A DNA stretch of 64,000 nucleotides, from IMG/VR virus record IMGVR_UViG_3300044635_002180, positions 52,216-116,215 of that record, one strand, 5' to 3'. Below, in pieces: positions 18,816-29,066 of this stretch. How positions within the stretch are numbered: position 1 is the first letter of the stretch; every line of letters starts with the position of its first letter. The translations under genes were made by a program, and so were the position numbers. The notes beneath the pieces were generated by a model that ran no database searches, had not been told where the DNA came from, and worked only from the letters and a program-made list of their open reading frames with translations. Source of the DNA: a virus.

Positions 18816-19625
18816 TCAAGACTGATCGTAACCATATTCTCCATAAACATTTGTATTGACAGCTCTTTGATCATAAACTTTATTGATGCTGTCTGTGCTT
18901 GCATCACCTGGATATGATTTTGGTTGAGATTGTTGCTGCATTCCACCTGACAATATGCCATTGAATGCATTGTCAAACACCTGAGCAGATCCTTTTTCAC
19001 CAGAAAGACCCGGCTCAAAGCTGTAATCAAGACGACGTGCACGAATTTTCCACAAATAGTGCCCACCCAACATGTTGATGCCTTCACTCACGCTTTGATC
19101 CAAACGTTCTGTTATTTCAAAGAACTTGCCATTGCGATCTCCAGGGCGTGTTGATCCATATTGAGTGAGTTGAAACACATCACCAGCTTTGGGTTCAACA
19201 GCTTGACTGAGCGCCGGGTATACAGACAATGGTGAGAATGTTGCGTAAAAAGAACTAATGTGAATAAATGCAGTGATGTTATCATCTCCATCAAAACCAA
19301 AACGTCTGAGCACAGTATTGTCTTCAGTCAATTGAATGTACATCAAGATGTTGGTTGGGCCAAAGAATACACTGGTTGGATCTTCGCCATAAATGTTGTC
19401 TGCATTGGAAACATTGTAAGTATTTACATAATATGCAACTGTGCTGCCATATCTATTAATAATTTCCTGTACACCACTAGAGATCAATTGTTGCTCACCA
19501 CTGTTGAGGGCACTTTCATTGACATTTACTTGACATTCCAAATTGCCATTGTTGGCACCTGTATAAAAAGCATTGCCGCAGGTGTTTGGTGTGGGATATG
19601 TTCTGACTTGGTAATAGGAGCTCAT
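18816..19625 (-). CDS. gp14: neck / head-closure protein (T4 gp14-like)
   Basis: 'EQQLI..EIINRYG..YY..DNIYGEDPTSVF..FG..D..EPKAGD..FFEIT'. Confidence 0.75.
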   Translation of the reverse strand: MSSYYQVRTYPTPNTCGNAFYTGANNGNLECQVNVNESALNSGEQQLISSGVQEIINRYGSTVAYYVNTYNVSNADNIYGEDPTSVFFGPTNILMYIQLTEDNTVLRRFGFDGDDNITAFIHISSFYATFSPLSVYPALSQAVEPKAGDVFQLTQYGSTRPGDRNGKFFEITERLDQSVSEGINMLGGHYLWKIRARRLDYSFEPGLSGEKGSAQVFDNAFNGILSGGMQQQSQPKSYPGDASTDSINKVYDQRAVNTNVYGEYGYDQS

Positions 19626-20080
19626 TGAATTGGCTTGTAATGCATGATCTTGTACACAGGCTTGCCTGTTGCATCCATGTTTCTTACCACTGCTGCATTT
19701 ACTTTTGAGTTGATTTGCAGCGGTTGATTGTCTTGCATGTTGTTCAAGTCAATGCCATGTGTGTTTTGTATCTCTTGCAAATCTGCATCACCAAGAACTT
19801 CTTGCATTGATGGGTTTTGAGTCACCTTATCAATTTTATTCTTGGTCATTGATTGTGTATTGATGTTGCTTTGAGCGACTGTATTGGTAGCACCTGGATT
19901 ATTTTTTGTTCCAGTGCGCAAACCGGTTGCATTTGCACCACCTGCAACGCGATTGTCTCTAATATTTGAAGATTTATTGTACCCTGGTCCATTGGCAAGC
20001 TTAATTGCATTTGGATCTGCAGCAGTGTTTTCAAAAAAAGTCTCAAATGTAACAAATGGCATTGAGGTAAGGATATTCAT
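19622..20080 (-). CDS. hypothetical late protein
   Basis: ORF with TAAATA at 20088-20093; coupled to gp14. Confidence 0.6.
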   Translation of the reverse strand: MNILTSMPFVTFETFFENTAADPNAIKLANGPGYNKSSNIRDNRVAGGANATGLRTGTKNNPGATNTVAQSNINTQSMTKNKIDKVTQNPSMQEVLGDADLQEIQNTHGIDLNNMQDNQPLQINSKVNAAVVRNMDATGKPVYKIMHYKPIQ

Positions 20081-20112
20081 TGTTAAATATTTATGCGTGT
20101 TGTGCAAAAGCT

Positions 20113-20583
20113 ATGAGAATATTTAACTTTTATCCCATTGGACAGGCCAAAAAAGCATTTGCAGCATGGAATTTTGACTGCAATGCTTTTAGTACAGCAT
20201 TTACAAGCTTCTATAATCATCATTTTTTTGACAATGTAGAATCAACTAGACATTACAACATTGGATTGCGCATTGATAACAAGGATGAAGAGGCGTTTGG
20301 ATTGTATGAACTTGGTGGCAGCATATTTATATGCAATCAAAACATGAGCATTTTGCCAGAAAAACAATTTGAAATACAATTGTTTAAAACACTTTTGCAT
20401 GAAATCATGCATTGGATACAGTACACTTTTTACAAGTGGTCTGATGAAGAAATAGTCAAGGGCGATGAGGATCAAAAATGTGCAGCAGAACTCATGTGCA
20501 AAAAATTTGAAAAACAGTATCGACATGTATTAAAAATATACAGAGCTTTGCTGCGTGTAAAGAAACATGAGTATAGATGTTAA
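20113..20583 (+). CDS. small zincin-like metallopeptidase domain protein
   Basis: HExxH motif 'TLLHEIMHWIQ' with a downstream Glu. Confidence 0.65.
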   Translation: MRIFNFYPIGQAKKAFAAWNFDCNAFSTAFTSFYNHHFFDNVESTRHYNIGLRIDNKDEEAFGLYELGGSIFICNQNMSILPEKQFEIQLFKTLLHEIMHWIQYTFYKWSDEEIVKGDEDQKCAAELMCKKFEKQYRHVLKIYRALLRVKKHEYRC

Positions 20584-20591
20584 ATACAGTT

Positions 20592-20741
20592 ATGAAATTT
20601 AATGAAATTGTGGAGTTCTTTCTGGAAAAGAATGGCAACAAGCACCGGCGCAAAAGAAAAAAAGCAAAAGATGAAAATGTTGAGCAATATGATCACGCTA
20701 TAACACTGGAGCATGCGCACAAACAAAAGAGAAGCACCTAA
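20592..20741 (+). CDS. 49-aa basic protein missing from the ORF track (MKFNEIVEFFLEKNGNKHRRKRKKAK...)
   Basis: TAAATA 20581-20586 + 5 nt + ATG; its stop overlaps the next TAAATA. Confidence 0.7.
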   Translation: MKFNEIVEFFLEKNGNKHRRKRKKAKDENVEQYDHAITLEHAHKQKRST

Positions 20742-20750
20742 ATAACAACA

Positions 20751-23720
20751 ATGGCAAGCAATGTTTTTAGTGTTGGTACCACCAATGTACGTTTTTCAAT
20801 AACAAATTCAAATGTGGATCTGACTGATTCACAAGATAATTTCCAGCCATTTTCATTTTTTGAGTATTTAAAAAATACTCAACAGCTCAACACACCAGAG
20901 CTGTTTACGCAAGGGTACAATGACTATTTGCATGTTTGGTATTCAACTAAGAATGTGGAACAAACAGTGCAGCGTGATGAAATTCGTCAACGCTACATTG
21001 ATTTGCTCAAAGACATTGCGTACAACTACACCACATCAGAAGAAAAGCGATTTTTGGCCAACTTGGATTATGATGATGCATCAGATTTATCCATAGCAAT
21101 TCCTTTTTACGCTCAGAAACTCAAAGAAATTTGCTTGTTTTATGCTAACAAGCGTGAGGCATTCAAATTCAGAATTGAAGAAGTAAAGATCAAAGGATCA
21201 CCTCTTTCCATTGAAAAAGCTATTTTCAAGAGCATCATTGATTATCTCTCAACAGATGATGCAATTGCAGCAGCCACAGTAACTGCTGTAGCAAGAGATC
21301 TGCAGATCAACATTACAGAATATGTTGATGTATACAGTTCTTATTTCGATTTAGATCCAGATGCAACAGCAAGTGATCTGCAAATCACAAATGAGCTGCG
21401 CGCCAAATATCTAACAAGCAACACCAATGCTATATCTGCAAGTTTATTTTTAAATTTGCGAGATACAATAGCAAATGAAGTGCTTAGTACACCCATTTAT
21501 TTGAAAGAAATTGGACAGGGGTTGCTGATAAATCCACAACTTCTTATTCAACAAGCATTGAAGCAGACAGCATGCGAACAGATATTAGCACAATTGCTCA
21601 ATACTTCTGTGGATGCATTATCTGGTTTATATAATCTCAAGCGAAAGCTCATAGAAAAGTACATTGGAACAGATTTTTATTATCTGTCAACCAATTCACT
21701 CACAAATTTTGTTTCAGGTGAGTTATTCAAAGCTGCCAATGCAAGTGGAAATTTAATAAACAAGCGCTTTGCAACCACTGCTTCTGTTGCTGAAGATGAT
21801 TTGATATCATTGCAGCAACTAGGCTTGTTTTTCAAGCCTGACAAAATGGGTGTTGTGCAGTTTGCAGCTCCAAGCAAGCGATTCTATGTAGATGCAACTA
21901 AACTTGAGTCAAATAAAATTTATATTTTTCCAGATCCACAAGTGTATGGCAATGTGGATAATTTTCTTTACAGCAATTTGGATTATCCACTGTTGTATGT
22001 AATTGATAATTCTACAAATGTCAAAGGTTTGGATCAAGGAGTTGCTCAAGGCAAAATTAAAAGTAGTGAATATTTGCAGAACTTTTATGCATACTTTTCT
22101 GAACCAGTTTACATCAATTCCAGCAACATAAATGTTTCATCATTTGATGCAAACATGTTGAGAGTTTTCAACCAGGGTTCGTTTGCTTCATATGCACAGG
22201 ATGTATATGGCAATGAATATGGTGTTATAAAGAAAGTAGATAGATACAATGAGCAACAGACAGATGAAGCAAATGCTTTGGGTCAATGCATAACAATTGA
22301 TGGCTATGCATTTTATGATGATGAAGTGGGATATGCATTCAATTATGCACTCACTGGCACAAACTTTGATGGATCCATACGCACTGGATTGACAGCACAA
22401 ACAGTTAATGGATTCCCACCAGCAGGAGGCAGCTTTTCAACAGGATATACTGCGCCAAGTGCAGGTATGTTCTATTTGTCAGGCAACAAATATACATTAT
22501 ATTTTAGAGAATTTTCACCATTCATTGATTGCAACACAACAGACAACATCACTTGTGCAGTAAGAGATGGTGGCTTCTTTGCACCATCAGATGATGAAAC
22601 ATATCCAGATGTTTCATCCGATTCAATTGCATGGAGCACCAACTCGCGTGTTTATTATTCTACATTGTGTGATGCTGGCATTAGTGCAACCAATTCAATG
22701 ACACCTGGTCTAACTTCTGCAACATTTACTGCAACCATCAGTGCACCAGCATTATTGAGCCCGCTTTATGAATCTTTTGATTGCAGATTATTCCCCAATA
22801 ATGCATGTGAATTAAATCCAGATTACAATTATGCTGGATATACTATTTCGTATTTTAATGATGTCAATCCAGAATGCATTTCACAGTTGCAAGCAGGGCA
22901 GCAGCTTGGTGATGAAACACTTAATGACATTAGCAGCATGGCCGGTGTTTTGCTGGTAAAAAATATTGCAACAAATCAAATGTATCCATTGTCATCTGCA
23001 TTGTCAGCGACATTTTCAAAATACAATGATGCAGTAAAACAGGAATTATACAACAACAAGGTTCAACACATAAACATTTATTATGATTCCATTGTAGTAA
23101 GAACCGATAATTATTTAATTTTTGATAAAATTAAAGTTGCCAATGATGGTACTTTTGAAAAACCAGGCACAGCAAACAATTACATTGCCATTGGCATGGA
23201 TGAATATTCATCACTGTCAAATACATTTTATCTTGAAAAAACAAATGAAACGTGGGTATGCAAAACTACACTATTGAATGTTGCATCTGGTGGCAATGAA
23301 AAAATCATCTACCCACAAATTTACAAATACTCTGTGGATGATAATAAACTGCAAAGAAAATATCCAGGATTGTTTGTCACAAACCAAACATTGAGTGGTT
23401 TGTTTGCAAATGCTCTTTCATCAATCAACATTATAAAATCAATGGATGCAACATTAACATATGCTGCATTCAATGACAAGTTTAATTTGACATGGACTGT
23501 TGTTGATTTGAATGGCTTGAGCTATTTGTTTAGTGCATGGTTCAACTATAAAGATGATGCAATTATTTTTGACGCAGATCAAATAGCAGTCTACAAAACA
23601 TCTACACAAGCCAATACACTAAATTTCTACTACAATATAAATGAGCTTACCAACGTTGATGTAGCTTCAGCTGCCAATGCATCTTTTGCATCACAAAACA
23701 ACATACTATATTTCAACTAA
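20751..23720 (+). CDS. large virion structural protein (probable baseplate wedge)
   Basis: 989 aa; late promoter; first gene of the fibre cluster. Confidence 0.55.
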   Translation: MASNVFSVGTTNVRFSITNSNVDLTDSQDNFQPFSFFEYLKNTQQLNTPELFTQGYNDYLHVWYSTKNVEQTVQRDEIRQRYIDLLKDIAYNYTTSEEKRFLANLDYDDASDLSIAIPFYAQKLKEICLFYANKREAFKFRIEEVKIKGSPLSIEKAIFKSIIDYLSTDDAIAAATVTAVARDLQINITEYVDVYSSYFDLDPDATASDLQITNELRAKYLTSNTNAISASLFLNLRDTIANEVLSTPIYLKEIGQGLLINPQLLIQQALKQTACEQILAQLLNTSVDALSGLYNLKRKLIEKYIGTDFYYLSTNSLTNFVSGELFKAANASGNLINKRFATTASVAEDDLISLQQLGLFFKPDKMGVVQFAAPSKRFYVDATKLESNKIYIFPDPQVYGNVDNFLYSNLDYPLLYVIDNSTNVKGLDQGVAQGKIKSSEYLQNFYAYFSEPVYINSSNINVSSFDANMLRVFNQGSFASYAQDVYGNEYGVIKKVDRYNEQQTDEANALGQCITIDGYAFYDDEVGYAFNYALTGTNFDGSIRTGLTAQTVNGFPPAGGSFSTGYTAPSAGMFYLSGNKYTLYFREFSPFIDCNTTDNITCAVRDGGFFAPSDDETYPDVSSDSIAWSTNSRVYYSTLCDAGISATNSMTPGLTSATFTATISAPALLSPLYESFDCRLFPNNACELNPDYNYAGYTISYFNDVNPECISQLQAGQQLGDETLNDISSMAGVLLVKNIATNQMYPLSSALSATFSKYNDAVKQELYNNKVQHINIYYDSIVVRTDNYLIFDKIKVANDGTFEKPGTANNYIAIGMDEYSSLSNTFYLEKTNETWVCKTTLLNVASGGNEKIIYPQIYKYSVDDNKLQRKYPGLFVTNQTLSGLFANALSSINIIKSMDATLTYAAFNDKFNLTWTVVDLNGLSYLFSAWFNYKDDAIIFDADQIAVYKTSTQANTLNFYYNINELTNVDVASAANASFASQNNILYFN

Positions 23721-24370
23721 TGAGCACAACAACAGTTTATTTAACAGGCAACGCATTATCTGCAGATTATGTTAATTTTTATGGCCCCTTTTTAATCAAG
23801 GGCACTTCAACTGTAGGTTTTAATTTGTATGGCATCAATGAAGAAACAAATCCAGTTGCAAACATTCATGGTTATTTTGGGGATGGTGCAGAGTATAAAG
23901 ATGTTTTAAACTTGCACATTGATTTATCTTCTTTGGATACCATTGAGATTGCTGAATCTGGAAAAATTCGCTGCATCGCACAAAATTTTGAGCACACTTA
24001 TGAAAAAAATCAAACCACTTTTGTGGATTATTTGACTGCTTCATTTGTTCTCACATACACCTCTCAGCGACGCGGCATACACAATGTTAAACTAATTCAT
24101 GTAAAAAATTCATATTATGATGACGTTAAACAGATACATTTAAATGCAACGCAAATGCTGCCTATTTCTTCAAATGATTTGGTAGCTGTTGCTTCAGATG
24201 ATTCTGGCAATGTGTTTCACATGTACATCAGTAGAACACAGCTGGAATCAGCTGATGTTACACTAACTACTCCTACAACAGGCGTATTCTTAGGCCCACG
24301 CACCATAAAAAACTGCTATATACTTCAAGCACAGCAAGGTGGTGTTATTGTTCCTTTACTGTCTGCATAA
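23720..24370 (+). CDS. structural protein with PKD/Ig-like segment
   Basis: 'YFGDG...FEHTY' PKD-like motif; translationally coupled. Confidence 0.5.
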   Translation: MSTTTVYLTGNALSADYVNFYGPFLIKGTSTVGFNLYGINEETNPVANIHGYFGDGAEYKDVLNLHIDLSSLDTIEIAESGKIRCIAQNFEHTYEKNQTTFVDYLTASFVLTYTSQRRGIHNVKLIHVKNSYYDDVKQIHLNATQMLPISSNDLVAVASDDSGNVFHMYISRTQLESADVTLTTPTTGVFLGPRTIKNCYILQAQQGGVIVPLLSA

Positions 24371-24379
24371 ATAACACAT

Positions 24380-25720
24380 ATGCCTGATATTAAATTATCC
24401 ATTGATGATCTCCCACCAGCAACAACTGTATACAATGCAGATGTTTTTGTCATTGATCAGTTGGGAAGCGATGGGTATTCAAAAAAGCTTACCTATCAAA
24501 TTTTAAAGAATACTTTGGCAACTGATGCATTTGTATTGCGTGCTGGTGATACAATGACAGGTGCATTAATTTTAAATACAAGTACACCATCTTTGTCACT
24601 TCAAGCTGCTCCAAAAGCATATGTTGATACATTCTTGTCAAAAGCTGGTGGCACAATGACGGGTAATTTAATTCTTAATACAAATGCACCAACAAATGCT
24701 CTTCAAGCAACTTCTAGAGCATATGTACAGAATAATTTCCTGCCCATTAGCGGCATAGGCACTGGTGAGCAAAACACTGGCATGACAGGTTTCTTGACTC
24801 TCTGTGCTCATCCAATTAGTGCGTTTCATGCTGCAACTAAATTTTATGTAGATACTCTCAACCGTCCTGGTGATGGCTCCCCAGTTGGCAGCATTGTTTA
24901 TTTTGCTGCAAGTGCAGCACCAGTAGGCTGGTTTGAATGCAATGGTGCAGTGTTGAATAAAACAATTTATGTTGATTTATTCAATGTAATTGGTTATTCC
25001 TTTGGTGGCTCTGGCAACCAATTCTTATTGCCTGATTTGCGTGGTGAATTTCTTCGTGGCTGGGACAATGGTAGAGGCGTTGATTCTGGTCGTGCATTTG
25101 GCAATGCACAAACTGATGCTATGAGGCGGTTGGTTGGTGAAGCGCCAATGTTTGCAGTTGGTGGATATGGTAATGGCAGTGGAGTATTTTCACAGTTGCC
25201 ACAAAATGCACTAGGCAATGGCACATTCCCAGCTCAATATCCAAATTATGGTGTGAGGTTTGACTCACAAGCAGCACTGCCAAATAATACAGCTAGTGAA
25301 TTTAGACCGCGCAACGTTGCATTCTTGCCTTGCATAAAATATGCAACTGATGCAGCAGTAAATTACCTTGGATTGAGTGCACAATCGCTCTTGAATTATA
25401 TCAATAGCTTGGATGATGGTTTTGCTAAAGCATGGGTAACCTTTAGCGGGCAGACAGGAACAGCAGTAGTGTCAGCATCATATAATGTATCTACTGTTGC
25501 TAGAATAAGTGCAGGTGATTATCAAATTAACTTTACTACAAACATGGCTAATTCTGTTTATGGTATTTTTATCAATGATAATTATGAAGGCATAGGTGCG
25601 GTAAATAGATTTGTTGTATCACAGGCTGTAACTGGTGCGCGTATTAAGTTTAAAGACACTGGTGTGGGGGGCAATGTTTATGACCCAGTTCTTGCATATA
25701 TAAATATTTTTGGTAATTAA
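24380..25720 (+). CDS. tail fibre protein with phage tail collar domain
   Basis: three 'GDTMTGxL..AAxKxYVD' repeats; collar 'PVGSIVYFA..APVGWFECNG..LPDLRGEFLRGWD..RPRNVA'. Confidence 0.85.
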   Translation: MPDIKLSIDDLPPATTVYNADVFVIDQLGSDGYSKKLTYQILKNTLATDAFVLRAGDTMTGALILNTSTPSLSLQAAPKAYVDTFLSKAGGTMTGNLILNTNAPTNALQATSRAYVQNNFLPISGIGTGEQNTGMTGFLTLCAHPISAFHAATKFYVDTLNRPGDGSPVGSIVYFAASAAPVGWFECNGAVLNKTIYVDLFNVIGYSFGGSGNQFLLPDLRGEFLRGWDNGRGVDSGRAFGNAQTDAMRRLVGEAPMFAVGGYGNGSGVFSQLPQNALGNGTFPAQYPNYGVRFDSQAALPNNTASEFRPRNVAFLPCIKYATDAAVNYLGLSAQSLLNYINSLDDGFAKAWVTFSGQTGTAVVSASYNVSTVARISAGDYQINFTTNMANSVYGIFINDNYEGIGAVNRFVVSQAVTGARIKFKDTGVGGNVYDPVLAYINIFGN

Positions 25721-25779
25721 CCTGCAACTCTTGTTGCAGTTGATGATGCAGTTGCATTGAATGATGCTTAAATATAAGC

Positions 25780-28700
25780 ATGCAGGTTTATAATTTTGCA
25801 ACACATACTCGCAGCTTGAGCTGCACATACCAAACTGATGTAAATTTTTCCCTCAAAGGCAGCAAAAATACAAATCAGCAAGGCATCAACATCTTTCAAC
25901 ATGACGCATTAAAAAACGCAAGAGATGCTCGCATCAACAATTATAGCTCTCTAGTTTTAAGCAATGATGTGCTTGCATCAGATTCATTTGAATTGCAATC
26001 CATTGAAACGCCAGTAAAGCGCATTTTATCAACATATTTGGCTGTTTCCATCACCAATGAATTGAATGAAAAGACACGCTATTTGTATTTCAACAATGAA
26101 AGAGAAACAACTTCTGACAAGTTTAATGAATATACCTCTCATCAAATGCTGCCGCTGGCAGACATAGTTGAAGAATCACAGCGCTTTTTCAATGTTGAGC
26201 TCATTGATGATCAATTTGCTCGCATCAATTACAAATACGATAACAGAAATTATTATTTAGCATCAAATGCAAATCATGATTTATTGTTTGCAAGCAATGC
26301 ATTGTACAAAGATTTTGCAAATTTAAATTTTAACTTTGTTGATGAAACAACATTCTTTTATGTGCTAGATGAGCCTTCAAATACATTGTTTTTGCTCAAG
26401 CCTTTGCCGAACAATGTAACAAATGGCTTGGGATTATCTGCTGCTGATTCAACTAAATTACAGCTTTTGAGTGCAGTAAATTCTGCCAATTATTATGCAT
26501 TCAATACTTTTAATTTTAAAATTAGAGACAACATTGACTTGATTGCAAAGAAACTCAACACATCACAAGCAACATATAATGTTGAAAACATTGATGACTT
26601 GGATGTATTGGATACAACACAAGACTTAACCAACAATATTCTCTTTGCATCACAATATAATGCTGCATCAACAAGAGACATTCCTACAAAACCGCTGATA
26701 TTAAAAAATCAACATTCATTGATGTCTCATGTTGATGAGTGCAGTTACACAAACCTACTAAATGGATTGCCTGGACCACAATTGCGGGATTATACAACCA
26801 TCATCACCGGCAATGAGCAAGAAAAAGGCAATGATTCAATTGCCATCAATTATGTAGTATATGCTAATGATTATGTGGCAAAACCAGATGCATATACAAT
26901 ATTCAAAACCTCAAGTGATTTGTACCCATATCATCAGCTCAACATCAATGACTCAACACTGGTGAGAGATGGATCTCTGGGCGGTAATAATCCGTATACA
27001 TCTGATCAACTGTTTATGCAGAAAAATACTGCGCAAGGAATGGATGGTCAATATCTATGCACGTGGCTTTCTGGCAGCAATTGGGTTGATAGGTACTACA
27101 ACAACAATAAAATGTCTCCCATGGATGCAGCAAAAGCAGTCAATGCTGTATATGGTACATATGAGAGTTATGTTGAGCAATTGCTTGAATCAAATGATGT
27201 AAACTATGACTTTTTTGATAAAAAAAGTGATTTTGTATTTGAGCCCAACAAAGAGTATTTTTATTATAGAATGGGCAGCAAAAGAGTTGATGAACAAATC
27301 AACAACTACAGCAATCACTTGCTTCTTAGTTCATTGCAGTGGAAGACAAGCAACAATCAAAATATTGCAGCATCTAATGATTACAAATGTGATGGCAATT
27401 CATTTGCGGTCTTTAAACAGTATGAAACTATAAATGATGCAAGTCAAATGACCATTTCATTCTGGCTTGACAGTCTTGATTGGTCTAAAATTAATGCTCA
27501 TGAAATAGTTGGCAATGTTACAAATGCTGGATTTGGCATCATCAAAGATCCACTTGTGACACCCCTCATCATGGTGCAGAGCTCATCAGCAATTCATATT
27601 CTCAACAGCGATTTTGTTGAAATAACAAAAACAGCTGTTTCTGGTGCTTCTTTTTTAACAAGATCTGATGCATTGGATGCTTTTCAAGGCATTTCAAACA
27701 ATGGAACAGTTTATAAGCTTCAAGCAGATGGTACTTTGTATGATAAAAAGAATTTTAATGAAAGCATCATTGCAACTACATACGCAAATGATGTAATTTA
27801 TAAATTGCATGGCAATGGCTATGATGTAAGTGCATTTAATACCATTACAGAGCAGACATCCACATATACTGTTGATTTTAACTCACAAAGCATACTATAC
27901 GTTGATGGTGCTTTGCGCGGCTTTGCTGGAACTAAGACTCTTGCATATGATGATAATGCAGTTATGTTTTTATACAATCAAAATCAGTTGGTGTATAAAA
28001 ATTATGCAACAAATGATCAATATGTAGCATTTAAAACGCTGTCTTCATCCACTGATGTTGGCTTCATTGCTGACTTTGCTTTAGATGATGAAAGAAATCT
28101 ATATGTGCTGCACAACAATTACAAAATATCTAAATTTGATGCTGATCGCGTGCTGCAATACACAATTTCTATGCAAAGCTTGCTATCCAGTGCAAGTGCC
28201 ACAAACATTGCAATTGATTTGTGCTATGAGTATAAAGATGATGTTAAAAATAAAAGTCTCATTGTTGTGGCCAATGATTCAAAACAAAAATTATCATTTG
28301 CAAAAATAGCAACTACTGGTGCAATTCAAACATTTGTACAAACAAACATAACAAAGTCTGCAGCTGGTGTTTTCAACCTCACCAATGCACAATATTTGCA
28401 ACAGATTTATGCTGATAGAAGAGATGCTTTTGATTTTGTATTAAAATTGCCAAATTATTACAATAGCCACGATTTTACATCAGTAAAATATACTTTCAAT
28501 GCTTCTGATTTTAACTCTGGAATGCATCATTTTGCACTTAGAATTGATGCAAAGCAGGGAAATGCATCTTTCTTTGTGGATGGCATCTTAAAACAAAATG
28601 TTTATATTCAAGCTGCTAAATTTATGCATTTGCCCTTGCTGCAAAGCAGCATTTGCTTTGGTGCAACACATTTTAGCAACGGCAATACTCTTGCAAACTT

Positions 28701-29058
28701 CTTGCAGCAGCAAAGAGTCTATTTTGCAAGCAATGTCACAATAAGTTATCCGCGAATTTATAGTGCAGCATTGCAAGATAATGATATTAAATTGCTTTGC
28801 ATGCAAAAAACCAAAGTACAAGATTTAAATTTTCACTTGCCTTGTGGACAACGCAATAATTTAGATAAAATTAAGCAGATGTTTGCATGGGGAACACCTG
28901 GCTTCAAGAGCAGCAACATAAAAATAACTGTCAAAAACAGCAGCATAACATCTGATGCTACTAAACAAGCATTAAAAACTCAAATTTTGCAGGAAATTAC
29001 TGATGTGCTGCCCATCAATACAAATGTAATTGATATTGAATTTGCAGAATTTGATTAA
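25780..29058 (+). CDS. large structural protein with LamG/concanavalin-like and beta-propeller segments
   Basis: 1092 aa; 'MTISFWL' and 'HHFALRID..SFFVDG..PRIYSAAL' LamG elements flank propeller-like repeats. Confidence 0.55.
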   Translation: MQVYNFATHTRSLSCTYQTDVNFSLKGSKNTNQQGINIFQHDALKNARDARINNYSSLVLSNDVLASDSFELQSIETPVKRILSTYLAVSITNELNEKTRYLYFNNERETTSDKFNEYTSHQMLPLADIVEESQRFFNVELIDDQFARINYKYDNRNYYLASNANHDLLFASNALYKDFANLNFNFVDETTFFYVLDEPSNTLFLLKPLPNNVTNGLGLSAADSTKLQLLSAVNSANYYAFNTFNFKIRDNIDLIAKKLNTSQATYNVENIDDLDVLDTTQDLTNNILFASQYNAASTRDIPTKPLILKNQHSLMSHVDECSYTNLLNGLPGPQLRDYTTIITGNEQEKGNDSIAINYVVYANDYVAKPDAYTIFKTSSDLYPYHQLNINDSTLVRDGSLGGNNPYTSDQLFMQKNTAQGMDGQYLCTWLSGSNWVDRYYNNNKMSPMDAAKAVNAVYGTYESYVEQLLESNDVNYDFFDKKSDFVFEPNKEYFYYRMGSKRVDEQINNYSNHLLLSSLQWKTSNNQNIAASNDYKCDGNSFAVFKQYETINDASQMTISFWLDSLDWSKINAHEIVGNVTNAGFGIIKDPLVTPLIMVQSSSAIHILNSDFVEITKTAVSGASFLTRSDALDAFQGISNNGTVYKLQADGTLYDKKNFNESIIATTYANDVIYKLHGNGYDVSAFNTITEQTSTYTVDFNSQSILYVDGALRGFAGTKTLAYDDNAVMFLYNQNQLVYKNYATNDQYVAFKTLSSSTDVGFIADFALDDERNLYVLHNNYKISKFDADRVLQYTISMQSLLSSASATNIAIDLCYEYKDDVKNKSLIVVANDSKQKLSFAKIATTGAIQTFVQTNITKSAAGVFNLTNAQYLQQIYADRRDAFDFVLKLPNYYNSHDFTSVKYTFNASDFNSGMHHFALRIDAKQGNASFFVDGILKQNVYIQAAKFMHLPLLQSSICFGATHFSNGNTLANFLQQQRVYFASNVTISYPRIYSAALQDNDIKLLCMQKTKVQDLNFHLPCGQRNNLDKIKQMFAWGTPGFKSSNIKITVKNSSITSDATKQALKTQILQEITDVLPINTNVIDIEFAEFD

Positions 29059-29066
29059 ATAGTTGA

